Part shown: one piece after another, positions 13,901 to 24,468 of the stretch
How positions within the stretch are numbered: the first letter of the stretch is position 1
Layout: each line of letters starts with the position of its first letter
NCBI RefSeq assembly: GCF_027921745.1
Contig: NC_079238.1
Span: 124,001-188,000, forward strand
Length of the DNA stretch: 64,000 bases
Source of the DNA: Schizosaccharomyces osmophilus
Lineage: Eukaryota
Reading direction: 5' to 3'
Position numbers and translations under genes: made by a program
The notes under the pieces: model-generated
The model's input: only the letters and a program-made list of their open reading frames with translations
The model's database searches: none
What the model was told of the DNA's origin: nothing

Positions 13901-14658
13901 TTCGTTGGTTTTGGAAGTGGTGTATACCATAACTTTCTCTTTGTCTGTTTCCTTGCTTGATGTATATCCCCTTTTTCATACCCATGATCTAGAAGAAGGC
14001 TTCGGTGATTCATTTTGAGACTTAAAAAGATAGTAACCCTATTATGTGTTTCTCGATCTAAGCTTTTAAGCCATTTCTCATAATCATGAAAATCAAGATC
14101 CAAATTTGGTGTTTGTTCTAAATATTCATGCAATGTTTCTAACCAAGAATCACTTATTCCATTTTCAAGGGTTTGTTCAAAGACGTATTCGAAGGTTCTG
14201 TTCTTTCCGGGTTTTTTCACAATCTCTTTAATTTGGTTTTGATAATGTTCTCCAGTTCTATCATAAAGATAGTTGATTTTTTCACGATCAGTTGGAAACA
14301 CTAGTGGAACTGTTTTGAAGATCATTACCAGTGCATCCTTGAAATCACTTAAGTTTTGGTTGTTTTTTCCCGTAAATGTTTTTGGTATGTATCTTCTGAC
14401 TTCGTCTAGGTATAAATTGTATTTTGTGCCATAATTCTGTGATATCAAGTCGATGATGTCTAACGGGCTCTCATAGATATAATCTTCGTCAATCTCCATT
14501 TTACTCATTTTTTCGGCCATCCTTTCTTGATTCATGGCCATGATTTGATCAGACATCATTTTGTTATGTTTAGTGTATTCCTTTTGCAACGCACGCACTT
14601 GTGTTTGCATTTGCTGAAGAGCAATTTCAAATCCAGCGTTTTCAGATTCCACTTCCAT
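10993..14658 (-). CDS. Retrotransposon polyprotein (Gag-protease-RT-RNase H-integrase), truncated and probably inactive
   Basis: FIDTGA, MPFGL, YLDDI, ETDASD, HHCC zinc finger, MDFI..SDRG..NGQTER. Confidence 0.93.
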   Translation of the reverse strand: MEVESENAGFEIALQQMQTQVRALQKEYTKHNKMMSDQIMAMNQERMAEKMSKMEIDEDYIYESPLDIIDLISQNYGTKYNLYLDEVRRYIPKTFTGKNNQNLSDFKDALVMIFKTVPLVFPTDREKINYLYDRTGEHYQNQIKEIVKKPGKNRTFEYVFEQTLENGISDSWLETLHEYLEQTPNLDLDFHDYEKWLKSLDRETHNRVTIFLSLKMNHRSLLLDHGYEKGDIHQARKQTKRKLWYTPLPKPTKYTRQQFSTPKLKTWKPNKREQTKHFDDSKNEAKPKLNEILEPNMDSKRNTTIHINKLYSRERRTKYQDDEFSQYSDVEIKNRKVNAFIDTGANVSVMREDLAKQFAIKFNKEYRIFESITEDKLEVKGSLTLPVKHNDRTYYEKFIITTKAQNPVLIGWTLIKRILGSWKSLFDCDKLKDQNNNPDENKDKLHEILVPFDKVFTDPTNNPLPEHSNSDLKIELTNELPDHTPKLRPYTQKEYATIYEKVRELLSQGRIRKSSSKFMCAPIVVPKKGTDKYLMVINYKPLNAITKRDNYPLPNFEEIINWLSGAKVFSRIGLKEAYHLLRIRKGDEQKTAFKTPFGAFEYKVMPFGLTNAPANFQRYINQALFPYLGVFIIVYLDDILIFSSSEKEHEEHLQKVFQKLQDAHLYANREKCTFFQKKVKFLGHIFSDQGLEIDPEKIQAVTNWPEPNTLRRLQSFLGFVNYSRRFMPNLSKLARPLYDLTKKNVKYKWTDRHKEAFVNIKKELENVSMLKHYDPTKETRLETDASDFAIGAILSQKQEDNVYHPIAFYSETFTDRQCIWPTWEKEAYAIIAALRKWYHFLAHTETPFQILTDHKNLTSMFTKIRTDTRSKINRWATELELYNFEIQYRPGRKNEPADAISRRPDYKITAINQLSEANYLTNVFDYVRKEYSNHKNFQRILNGDNDNPQYTIINGLIINDKRQIIIPTVPQLVQLICYQFHDHPISGGHRGKLSTTNRIREKFYWQGMTSDIQKYVKNCDICQHSKTRNHQRYGQLQPLPIAEKPFQHYSMDFIVGLPVSQGKDAILTIVDRFTKMAWFLPCNTTTTAEQLIAMFESHIVAVYGKPRDIVSDRGPIFISDKWKQYLKDHNVTLRLSSGSHPQTNGQTERVNQIVEKYLRCYMHDNLENWATYLKKAQLCYNSAEHSATKVSPIKAACGIQPILTKSDMQLKNDLGTLFLSS

Positions 14659-14703
14659 TTTTTATTCGAATGAATCGTACTTAAAACGAAAAAGATTTCC
14701 ACT

Positions 14704-14718
14704 TTCAGATTGGAAGAT
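14704..14718 (-). other. Self-priming primer-binding site
   Basis: 15 nt perfectly complementary to 14917..14931 inside the 5' LTR. Confidence 0.85.
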
Positions 14719-14723
14719 ATATT

Positions 14724-15115
14724 TGTCACAGGACGAATTTCTTTTGTTATGAGAATAAGTATTCAACGGAAAAGATGTAAGTAATAACAATTAATAAAAT
14801 AGTATGCTTGACTTTTAAATTGGATGCTTTTGTACTAAAGAAAAAAAGTAATAGCTTCCAGGGATCTGATTCACTAAGTAAGTTGTAAGGACAATTTATT
14901 TGGCTAGATCAGTCAAATCTTCCAATCTGAAGATTTGCCAGGTAATTTGCATTTTCTATAATTTGTAACAAAGTCTTTGTCTAAAGCTATTTTCTTTGTC
15001 TTCTTTCAATTCTTTGTTTCAAGAGTTTCTTTGTTTATTTATTACTTTTATGAATCCTTATTGTTATACGATAATAATATCAAAATATTAGTAATATCGT
15101 ATACCAGTTATGACA
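14724..15115 (-). repeat. 5' LTR (392 bp) with divergent U3
   Basis: TGTCA..TGACA ends; shares R-U5 and the terminal ~35 bp with the 3' LTR. Confidence 0.9.
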
Positions 15116-15629
15116 AAGGTAAAGATGTTCCCGTTTTGAGGAACCGGAGAGAAAATTCAATTCCGTTATACAAAGATGACACTGGCAAGGCTAAAAGTAA
15201 CTTGTTTAAAAGATTAAATATATGCAAAATAATTGAAATAAAGTTAATATGGAATAACACTGAGTTGCAACTCCAAAAAGTAGCACTGAGTAATAAATTT
15301 AGCACCCATAAATGCTTCAAAAAACTCGAACTTCCGCCATGCTGGTGGAAGCATTGAAAGCATTAAATTTACCACTAAATTTGCTTTTTAGTCATCTTAC
15401 TAAACGATTTATACTCGTGTGACTTTTATTATCTTATGCAAACGATATTCGAGGTATTTGATTTCATTAATTAATCGTGAAAAAGGGTTTCCAGAACATA
15501 TAGCATAAGACTCGTTTCTATATGTTGGCAAAAAGTGGCAAAAAAAGAGAGAAAGAGAGAAAGAGAGAGAAAATACTTGGGTTATTAACATAAAAAGAGA
15601 ATAATTGATAGGAAAAAACATAACCACTT

Positions 15630-16712
15630 TTAAAACTCAAGTTGGAACATGTCAGTTATGTTTTGAATAGAGTAACCCGCATTAATAGCAAGCATGAGCA
15701 TGTATCTAGCCTTCTGAGGATTGTGGAAATAAGCGGGAATTCCATTATAGGAATAATCAGAATATCCGTCCATAGTTCTGTGACTGTAAACAACCGGGAT
15801 ACTATGATTACGAATTAACCCATCAACTACTTCGTTGCCAGGATTCGTCCAAGAAGCTGCACCCATGCCAGCTAAAACCAAACCTTTGGAACCAAAGTCT
15901 ACAGCGGATTTTGCTAATTTTGGATTCAATCCTTGATATCCATAGAGAATATCAACTTGCGGTAACACCGTGGTGTTTTTAACATCGAACTGAACTTTAC
16001 CAACAGGTGTAGCAGGAGTGTAATAGAAATGAGGTCTTTGATCCACAATCATACCAAGGAATCCTGCCTCATAAGATTTGAAAGTATCAAGGGTATTTCC
16101 ATTCGTTTTCGTTGTATAAAAGGCAGATCCGATACGATCATTAAGTAAGATCATTGTGCCTCTTCCAACAGAACGATCAGAGGCGGCCACAGAAACGGCA
16201 TTTAACAAATTCATGGGGCCATCCGCGCTAATTGCAGTAGATGGCCTCATTGAACCAACAACCACAATTGGCTTTGTAGTGTTTACAGTCAAGTCCAAGA
16301 ACATTGCGGTTTCTTCGAGAGAATCAGTACCATGTGTTACGACAACTCCGTGAACATCATCTTTGGCAACTTCATTCAATATCAAATGAGTCAAATTTAA
16401 AACGTTTGTAGGAGTCAAGTTTTCACTGCCCACGCTAGTCACCTGGATCCCACGAACATTTGAAACATTTTTTATAGCGGGAACTGCTTCAACCAGTGCT
16501 TTAACGCCTACCGCACCAGCAGTATAATCGGCAGTCTCACTGCTTGATGAAGCAGACCCAGCGATGGTGCCTCCCATAGCAAAAATAGTGACATTGGGAA
16601 GCGAAGCGTTAAATGAAACTAAGTCCGATGTATTGTAAGAGCGTTTATAAATCAAAGTCGGTTGGCATAGTGATACAGAGAAAAAAAAGAAAGCAATGAT
16701 GGAACTCCACAT
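15630..16712 (-). CDS. Secreted L-asparaginase (type II-like)
   Basis: Signal peptide; MGGTIAG and HGTDSLEET motifs. Confidence 0.95.
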   Translation of the reverse strand: MWSSIIAFFFFSVSLCQPTLIYKRSYNTSDLVSFNASLPNVTIFAMGGTIAGSASSSSETADYTAGAVGVKALVEAVPAIKNVSNVRGIQVTSVGSENLTPTNVLNLTHLILNEVAKDDVHGVVVTHGTDSLEETAMFLDLTVNTTKPIVVVGSMRPSTAISADGPMNLLNAVSVAASDRSVGRGTMILLNDRIGSAFYTTKTNGNTLDTFKSYEAGFLGMIVDQRPHFYYTPATPVGKVQFDVKNTTVLPQVDILYGYQGLNPKLAKSAVDFGSKGLVLAGMGAASWTNPGNEVVDGLIRNHSIPVVYSHRTMDGYSDYSYNGIPAYFHNPQKARYMLMLAINAGYSIQNITDMFQLEF

Positions 16713-17318
16713 TTTGTATTGAAAGTCGATACGTTATGGAAGCACTTGAAGATAATTAGCCATTCTTTAAATATATATATATATATATTTGTATAAGAAT
16801 TAAACCAGCGAAATCGAAAACGTATTAGACCTTATCTCATCTCAATCCATCTAAGGATATCGGAAATAAGATACCTTTTCCTTAGGAATGTATCTCCGTT
16901 TGAAGCGACCCGAAAGGCATTTTTCTTTTTGATAGAAAGAAAGAATCTTTATCATTATGAGTTCACTAGCAGCTCGAACCATATTTAAAAATTTAGTAAA
17001 AAGTTCCTTGATTGTAGCATGAAAGTTTATTTCAATTTATCTTTAGCAGTTCTGTATATGTCGGCCACTGTTACGACGGAGGACGGACGGGCCAAAAAGA
17101 CTTCTGGCTCCCTCTGCTCCTTCATAAAAGAATTGAATGATAATATTCATTGAAATGCTATCTTGAAGGTCATTTTACATATTTCTGCAAGGGATATTTC
17201 AGTCCGAGATACCATCAAGCTTAAGAGTTCAAGGTAGAAATAAGAGAAAACCACAGTGAATTGTTTTTTCTACAGAAAATTTGTTTGAGCTTCATAGTAG
17301 TAGGATATAAAAAAATTA

Positions 17319-18095
17319 TTATATAGAAAAGTCGTTGTTTTCGGAATAGATATCTTCAATCAAACATGGATTACCAGCAAGTAGGCCGCCATCAACATAC
17401 AGAGTTGTACCAGTAATGAAGGAATTTTTTGAATCGGCCAAGAAAATGACTGCACGTGATACATCCTCAGGAGTTCCTAATCTTCCCACAGGGTACCATC
17501 TTTTCATTCTCTCATTAATGTCGGGATGCTTTTTGACACGCTCATCCCAAGCTGGACTCCAAACTGTTCCAGGTGCGCATACGTTTACTCGGATTCCCAA
17601 TGGGCCATACCGAACTGCCAAAGCTTTAGTGAGATTTTCTAAACCAGCCTTAGCAGCGCTATAAGCTGGAGAGCCAAGGTAAGTATGTCCATTTACGGAA
17701 CCAATATTAACGATACTGCCACCTTTTCCTTGTTTTACCATATGAGGAATAATGTACCGTTGAGTAAGATAATTACCTCTAAGTACTAGTTGAACATCGT
17801 GATCCCAAGATTCATGAGTGAGTTTTTCAAATGGTGTGTCATCGGCGGCCCCAGCGTTGTTTATCAAGACATCAATTGGACCTAGTGTTTGAATGACCTT
17901 TTCAATGGAATGTTCTATTTGCTCGGAGTTGGTAACATCTGCCTGCAAAGTAATTGCAGTACCATGAATTTTTAATGGTTCTACAACATCGATTCCTGCT
18001 ACTCGGTCTCCTAGTTCGCTAAACATTTTGCACAAGACCCGACCAATTCCTCCAGCAGCTCCAGTAATTAATACAACTCTTCCTTCAATTGTCAT
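17319..18095 (-). CDS. Short-chain dehydrogenase/reductase
   Basis: TGAAGGIG, NNAG and YSAAK; first ATG at 18095. Confidence 0.92.
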   Translation of the reverse strand: MTIEGRVVLITGAAGGIGRVLCKMFSELGDRVAGIDVVEPLKIHGTAITLQADVTNSEQIEHSIEKVIQTLGPIDVLINNAGAADDTPFEKLTHESWDHDVQLVLRGNYLTQRYIIPHMVKQGKGGSIVNIGSVNGHTYLGSPAYSAAKAGLENLTKALAVRYGPLGIRVNVCAPGTVWSPAWDERVKKHPDINERMKRWYPVGRLGTPEDVSRAVIFLADSKNSFITGTTLYVDGGLLAGNPCLIEDIYSENNDFSI

Positions 18096-18922
18096 AATAA
18101 AAGCATAAAATCTTGAAACGAGTAGGTAATAATGAACAACAGATACAGTGTCAATTTTCACCCTATGACTTATTTATATGAGAAAAAAGAAAGATATAAT
18201 TTGCAAATAAAATCAATCAACGGACAAAATATATACAATTAGTTTATTTATCAATGCAGTTACGAGGGCACCACATATTGCTAAAATTGAAGCTGGCAAA
18301 GCCGTTTATCAATGAAGTTGACTGAAATTAACTTAAAACTAAGAACTTCGCCTCATAAAGATAGGATTATGGGGTCGTAATTATGATTGTTAGTATAATC
18401 TTATCAGTACTAACGTCGATTGTTATGGAGCATATTTGGATTTCCTCCTATGAGTCACTTTCATTGCCGAATAAAGTCATAGTATGTCGAGAAGAAAAGA
18501 AATATTTTAGGAAACTAAAGCAATTGACAATTTATTTTTATAAACGCTTTCCAAATGAAATGAACAACCCGGAAGCGATTTGAGATGATAGTTTCAAAAT
18601 GAACTTTTGTTGGAAAACGTTCTTCCACCACTTTGTACATTACGGTTCAATTGAAGATAGAAAAAAACCATGGTGATAAACTTTGATTATAGTCATTGTA
18701 TGCTAGGTTTGATAACGCTAAGAACTCGAAATTTTTTTAGCTGTTTATATATAATGGGAAATATTTTCGTTTAAATCTTCAATCACATTCGTATCATCAA
18801 ACAAGAAGCTTATATATAGAATCTGACAAGAGGTCGCCAAACCTTTGTGAAAATATACCGAGTTCTTCATACTATCCATAGAGGACATCTTACTAGGCAC
18901 TAGGCACCGTGAGTTCCTTAAA

Positions 18923-20404
18923 ATGGATTCCAGTTCGGAAAAAAAACAAGAAAAGTTCGGTATCGAAAAGGAAACAATAGCTGAGTATGGAGAAATCGCC
19001 AATGCTCCGTTAAGCCTATCTTCATGGATTTACAAAAGACCAAAGTTTTGTCGCTTTAAAGGTCTGGCGTACGGAAGTGCATTAACACAAATCATCGTTG
19101 TGTCATGGGTCTGCTTCTTATGTCCAGGAATGTTTAATGCTTTATCCGGCCTAGGGGGAGGAGGTGAGGTAAACGCAAATGTAGCGAATGAAGCCAATGT
19201 TGCCTTATATAGCACTTTTGCTGGACTTGGTTTCTTTGGCGGATCCATTTGCAACTTGATTGGGGTGAAACTATCACTTTCCGTAGGAGGTACTGGGTAT
19301 ATAGTCTATACAGCTTCCTTTTTATGCTATAAACATGTTTACAACAGGGCTTTTGTCATTTTTGGGGGTTGTTACTTGGGCCTTACCGCAGGAATACTAT
19401 GGGCAGCTCAAGGAGCTGTTATCATGTCCTATCCTCCAGAAGAAAAAAAGGCTCGTTACATAGCTATTTTTTGGGTCATTTTTAACATGGGAGCTGTTAT
19501 TGGAAGTATTGTTCCTCTCGCACAAACGATGCATTCATCACAAAATTCTGCTGGAGACGGAACATATGCCGGTTTTATCGTGCTCATGGCCTTAGGCAGT
19601 ATTCTTGCGTTACTCATGGTTAATCCAAAAAAAACTGTCAAGGAAGATGGGAATTTGGTTCATGTTAAAAAGAGTATGGGATGGAAGAAAGAATTGCTTG
19701 GTTTGGTCCAAATACTATATAAGGAATATTGGATCCTACTTCTCTTTCCTATGTTTTTTTCTTCCAACTGGTTTTATACATACCAGTTTAATGATGTCAA
19801 CCTAGCGTATTTTAATATTCGTACCCGTGCCCTAAATAACTTGCTGTACTGGTTCTCTCAAATTTTAGGCTCTGCTGCAACGGCAGTTCTTTTAGATAAT
19901 CCTAAAATGAACAGAGCTGTTCGTGCAAGAGTTGGATGGGTTTGTGTCTTTGTATTGGTTTGTGTTATTTGGGGTGGAGGTTTAGCATTCCAATTGAAAT
20001 ATACCAGACAATCGGTGAACGCTCCTGATTTTGAGAAAGTAGATTTCACTCATTGTGGATATACCGGTTACGCATTTTTGTATATATTTTATGGCATCAT
20101 GGATTCTATATGGCAAAATTACTCTTATTGGATAATTGGCAGTCTCACTAATGATACAAACAAACTGGCAGTTTATATGGGATTCTACAAATCATTACAA
20201 TCAACAGGTGCCGTGGTAACCTATCGTCTTGATAGTCTAAATGTACCTTTTATGCATTATTTTGCTAGTTGCTGGGCCCTTTTGTGTGGTTCTTTAATAA
20301 TTGCTTATCCCATTATTTGGAAAAAGATTACGGTTACAACAGAAACTGAAGAAGATTCAGCTGCTCTGGTAAATGGACAAGAAGCTGTAATAGGGGTACC
20401 ATGA
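18923..20404 (+). CDS. UNC-93-like MFS membrane protein
   Basis: CFLCPGMFNALSGLGGGG and LWAAQG motifs; many TM segments. Confidence 0.9.
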   Translation: MDSSSEKKQEKFGIEKETIAEYGEIANAPLSLSSWIYKRPKFCRFKGLAYGSALTQIIVVSWVCFLCPGMFNALSGLGGGGEVNANVANEANVALYSTFAGLGFFGGSICNLIGVKLSLSVGGTGYIVYTASFLCYKHVYNRAFVIFGGCYLGLTAGILWAAQGAVIMSYPPEEKKARYIAIFWVIFNMGAVIGSIVPLAQTMHSSQNSAGDGTYAGFIVLMALGSILALLMVNPKKTVKEDGNLVHVKKSMGWKKELLGLVQILYKEYWILLLFPMFFSSNWFYTYQFNDVNLAYFNIRTRALNNLLYWFSQILGSAATAVLLDNPKMNRAVRARVGWVCVFVLVCVIWGGGLAFQLKYTRQSVNAPDFEKVDFTHCGYTGYAFLYIFYGIMDSIWQNYSYWIIGSLTNDTNKLAVYMGFYKSLQSTGAVVTYRLDSLNVPFMHYFASCWALLCGSLIIAYPIIWKKITVTTETEEDSAALVNGQEAVIGVP

Positions 20405-20982
20405 TTATTTAAATTTGGAATCGAATCTGTATACTAATGTGACATTTTTTTATGAGTTAAATCATCGGCTACCTTTTCATTCTATCTTTTTACGAGTATG
20501 CTATTTTTCAATTTATAGTAAATATTATTTGTTTGGTGTGTCTTTAGACTTCGACATGACGCGCATTTACTTATTATCAGATCATATGGAGCAAGTCCCG
20601 TTGAGAAACTACCATCGTAAATTTAGTGTTTTCACATTTTCCGGGAAATATAGCTTCGTATACCTTTACCATAAAAGTTTTTAATAAATGATTCCTTTTA
20701 TTTTCTTCTTATTATCTCAAATTTATTTAGTAAAATCTACACAGAGACTTGCTTCTTTAACAATTCGAAAATGAATCAATTTTCATTTCCGACTTTATTT
20801 AGTACTCTCCATAGGCTTTTCAGTTGACATAACTAAATTTTGTATTCGTCTGAATGTATAGTCAATTTATTTGGCGTAATACTCAACTCCAATTACCGTA
20901 ATGGCTTAATGTTATTGATATTAATCAACGTAACAGTTTCCAACTTGTTGCAAGACTATAGTTCTTTTTGGAATAATAATAC

Positions 20983-21017
<35 letters not shown>

Positions 21018-21771
21018 TATACATCTGAATGTCGGTTCTTTCAGCATGCATTTGTTTATGAAACCCTAATTAATAACTAAAATACCTTCACGGATTTTTT
21101 GGGGATCCAGATGTGACGAATGTTTGAAATGATTTTCTTGCTCATCTTTTAGCCATAGCTGTTTTTATTCCACATAATCCCTTGATCTAGATTATGTATT
21201 GAATTGCAGCCTCATCAGCTTAGTTTTGATTTATTTTATAAAAAAAAAAAGTAAAATAAATTTGCACAAATTAGTCTAGCAATTTTACATGGAACTAGAA
21301 CCTACTGATATTACTTGTATGCAACAAAAATTCTTTTAGAGATAATGAATTAACAATGGCTTTTTCCTTTAGAAAGTGTTGCCTAATCCCTGTTAAATGT
21401 TGGACTCAATATGGTATCGACTATTCACCTCTTCACTCAAAATTGAACAAGGAAACTTCAAAGTAAAGTTTATTTTATAATTTTGAAAAAAAAATTTGTA
21501 AATATAATGAATTATATGTTGGTTATGACTCACTAGCTTTGAGAGAACCAAATGTTTGGCTCTCATATTGACAGCAGTCTTACTTTGCTGGTTTCATCAA
21601 TGAAATGGTGAATCATGAAGTTAAATGTAAAAGAAAAACTCAATCAAAATCCTCTTCATATTTCGATACAAACAACGTGTTTCCCTTTATTTGCAGCTTT
21701 CTACAAAGTAGAACAATAAATATCAACGAATTGGTATTACATAGTAGCAGAATGAAAATAGGAGATACGTC

Positions 21772-22211
21772 TTACTCTGCAGCAATGCATTCGATTTCTA
21801 TTTTGATACCCTTGTCTTGAAGAGGAATTTGACCAGCACTGGACAATTAGCATCATATTCTTTTAGTTCGTAATTATTTTTTGTTATTACATACGCAACA
21901 GTGGTACGAGCTGGCATTGGATGAGGCAGTATTTCTTTGTACACCTCATTCATAGCAGAAAAATCATCGATATCAGCCAGAAAAATGTTAACCTTTACCA
22001 ATTTTTCCAGGCTGCTACCCGAAACCTTGAGGACTTCAGCAAGATTTTCGATAGTAACACGAGTTTGTTCTTGAATTGTACCATCAACGACCCTTCCGTC
22101 TCTTAAAGCAGCTTGGCCAGAACAGAAAATAAGACCTGCCGATTTGACAGCTTGGTTATAAGGTCCTCCAACTGCCAACTTAGGACTATTGCTTACAACT
22201 TTAGAACCCAT
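21772..22211 (-). CDS. mmf2: RidA/YjgF/Mmf enamine deaminase (2 exons: 22211-21895, 21838-21772)
   Basis: GPYNQAV, SGQ, F.AMN.VY, PARTTV; removing a GTATGT..CTAAT..CAG intron restores the C-terminal KIEIECIA. Confidence 0.88.
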
Positions 22212-23226
22212 ATTGAATCAAATATCAGAAAAGCAATTATTAAAGATTATTTAAACAATTGAATACTTGGGCTGTTCTGGCCTGTATTTATGTCTGCTCT
22301 ATTGATAAATATTTTCATAATTACTATCTTTTTGGAGCCTCCTAAATACATTGGCAGGTGACCCCCGCAAACCCTCATATCTAAGACTGATTGGGATTTT
22401 AATGTGAGTCTATCTACTAACTGAATTTTTATTAGCATTCAACTTGTAGCGCATTCTTTCATTTTCGTGGAAACCGGTGGTGCGCCGCTAGTGTCTTAAA
22501 GTAACCTGCCACTTTGTTTTTGTAAACATGACAGTACGTAGTTCATTTTTGTGGCGCTTTCATTTTGTTTTTTCAGAAGGACATCTTTTCGGTCAAAAAG
22601 CGTATGAAGACTAGTTGTAATAATCAACAGGAACGGGCACTTACACTAGGAACACGCTTTAAATGTCATTTCCCTTTATGGAATACAGCCATGTTCTTCC
22701 ATCCCAAGTAACTTTATTGACGCTTTTTTTCTCCCTTACAGTTTACTGTGCAATCGGTATTGTTGACTTAATTTTGCCAAACTGTTTGACAGTAGGAACG
22801 GCCGTGCGATAAATCCCAATTTATTTTTAGTAATTTATTTCTATTTTAAAAATCTCTGAAATTCCGATTTTCAGCTGAGTTGGGTGCCTACAATAATTGC
22901 ATAGTTCAATTTCCTACTAGAATTCAAAACATGAATATCGTATCATTTAGATATTGCAATAAAATAAACTCATGAGACTAAAAAAATAAATACATATCTA
23001 TCTACGAGATCTTTGACAATAAAAAGAAGTAAATATACAATTCTCCAGATGAGCAATGTAAAATTTGCAGTCACCTTTAAAAACAATTGAATATTGATTA
23101 ACTTTTTTGGTTGCTGAATCCGGTAGGAAAAAAAAATCTCATTATTGTTTTAGTCATTTCTAAGTATTAGAGCAAAGATAATGATATGTCAGAAAAATAA
23201 GGAAGCTTAACATTACCGTAAGCATT

Positions 23227-24468
23227 TTACCAACCTTTCCAAGGGACCCATATATCAGTGATAATGTCGGAACCTTCAGTTATGTAATACCAGGGGAATG
23301 CAGCAGCAGTAATACAAGAATGGTTGGGTATGATAGAAAGAAATTGGGCTGGCTCGGGAAGAGCAGCTTTTGGATTTTTCGACTTTAAGATTCCGTGTTC
23401 TTGACTCAACCTGTCAACATAAAAATTATCAAATTCAGGAGTAATCACTATTCCATAACCACCTTCCGGAGAAGTTTCGCGAGACATTGCAATAACCCCA
23501 GCGTTCATGAGTGCTTCTCCAGGCTCTCCATTTCTTCCTGCATAATTACTAAGAACCTCTGCAAATACGCATCCGGCAACATCGTCTTTTTTTATACAGT
23601 TGGTTGTCATTTGTTGAACATCGTTCATAGGATAATTCCCGGCATGAAGCTCGAGCTTTCCATTCAATGAGGGTATCAACTCTTTTACTTTAAGACTAAC
23701 GGAATGAGCAGTAGGGGTAGCGCCAACCGACAGTGTCAAGGATAAAGAAGGGTCGATTGAAATTGCAAAGTCAGCCGCAAGATTAGCTGCGCGGATTTCA
23801 TCATACAAGAATTCGGAAGCAGCATCCAAAGACTTGGAGGCATAGGAATGTCCTGCGTGACAATAAAACCCGAATAAGTGGAACAGGGATTTATTAGAGA
23901 GGATTTCGGATATCAAATGTTTAACGACTTCAGACTCGTTCGTAACACCGGCTCGGTGAGTACCCATATCAATCTTTATAAACACTGACCAAGGTTTTGA
24001 TTGAGGTGTTTTAGAGGAGAATTCACGTAAACTTTCTAACTGTTTAGGATGATCAACCATCAAGCGTAAATTAGGGACTATTTTGTTTAGCTCATACAAC
24101 TCAGAAATTCTAGATTTAGCCACAGGAAGACCGTAGAGAAGATCGTCAATCTTTTTCTCTTGAATTAATGGTACTAATGAAAACGCCTCCATCACTGTAG
24201 ACACAACCACTGCTTTCGTTCTTTCTTTGCCTAATTGTAGTAAAGTTCCCTCAGAAGTTTTATGAGTTTTTACATGAGGCCGGAAAGAGACACCTATACT
24301 GCTTGCACGATCTAACATGCGATTACAGTTATTTCTAAATATAGATTTATCGATAACGAAGCCTGGAGTAGGAACTTGTTGAATACTTTTGCCCACATAT
24401 GCTTCTTTTAATTGCTTCTTGTCAACTTGTAAATAGTAGCGAGAACTGAATTTATCAATGTAGGACAT
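23227..24468 (-). CDS. D-serine dehydratase (fold-type III PLP enzyme, Dsd1 family)
   Basis: FRPHVKTHK, YCHAGHSY, LSQEHG and IPNHSC motifs. Confidence 0.92.
   Translation of the reverse strand: MSYIDKFSSRYYLQVDKKQLKEAYVGKSIQQVPTPGFVIDKSIFRNNCNRMLDRASSIGVSFRPHVKTHKTSEGTLLQLGKERTKAVVVSTVMEAFSLVPLIQEKKIDDLLYGLPVAKSRISELYELNKIVPNLRLMVDHPKQLESLREFSSKTPQSKPWSVFIKIDMGTHRAGVTNESEVVKHLISEILSNKSLFHLFGFYCHAGHSYASKSLDAASEFLYDEIRAANLAADFAISIDPSLSLTLSVGATPTAHSVSLKVKELIPSLNGKLELHAGNYPMNDVQQMTTNCIKKDDVAGCVFAEVLSNYAGRNGEPGEALMNAGVIAMSRETSPEGGYGIVITPEFDNFYVDRLSQEHGILKSKNPKAALPEPAQFLSIIPNHSCITAAAFPWYYITEGSDIITDIWVPWKGW

Larger units (their letters stand above)
10036..15115 (-). mobile_element. Full-length, decayed Tf-like Ty3/Gypsy LTR retrotransposon (5080 bp)
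   Basis: Two TGTCA...TGACA LTRs, single gag-PR-RT-RH-IN ORF, PPT and self-priming PBS. Confidence 0.95.

Noticed and set aside
14977..15357. 126-aa ORF
   Set aside because: Non-ATG start, straddles the LTR boundary, no recognisable motif.
20983..21014. Long poly-A/T runs (also ~5632, 8692, 31890, 41534) as retroposon tails
   Set aside because: No TSDs or associated elements; typical nucleosome-depleting tracts or homopolymer length errors.
22450..23200. Possible remnant of genes lost between mmf2 and the dehydratase
   Set aside because: No translatable motif recognised.
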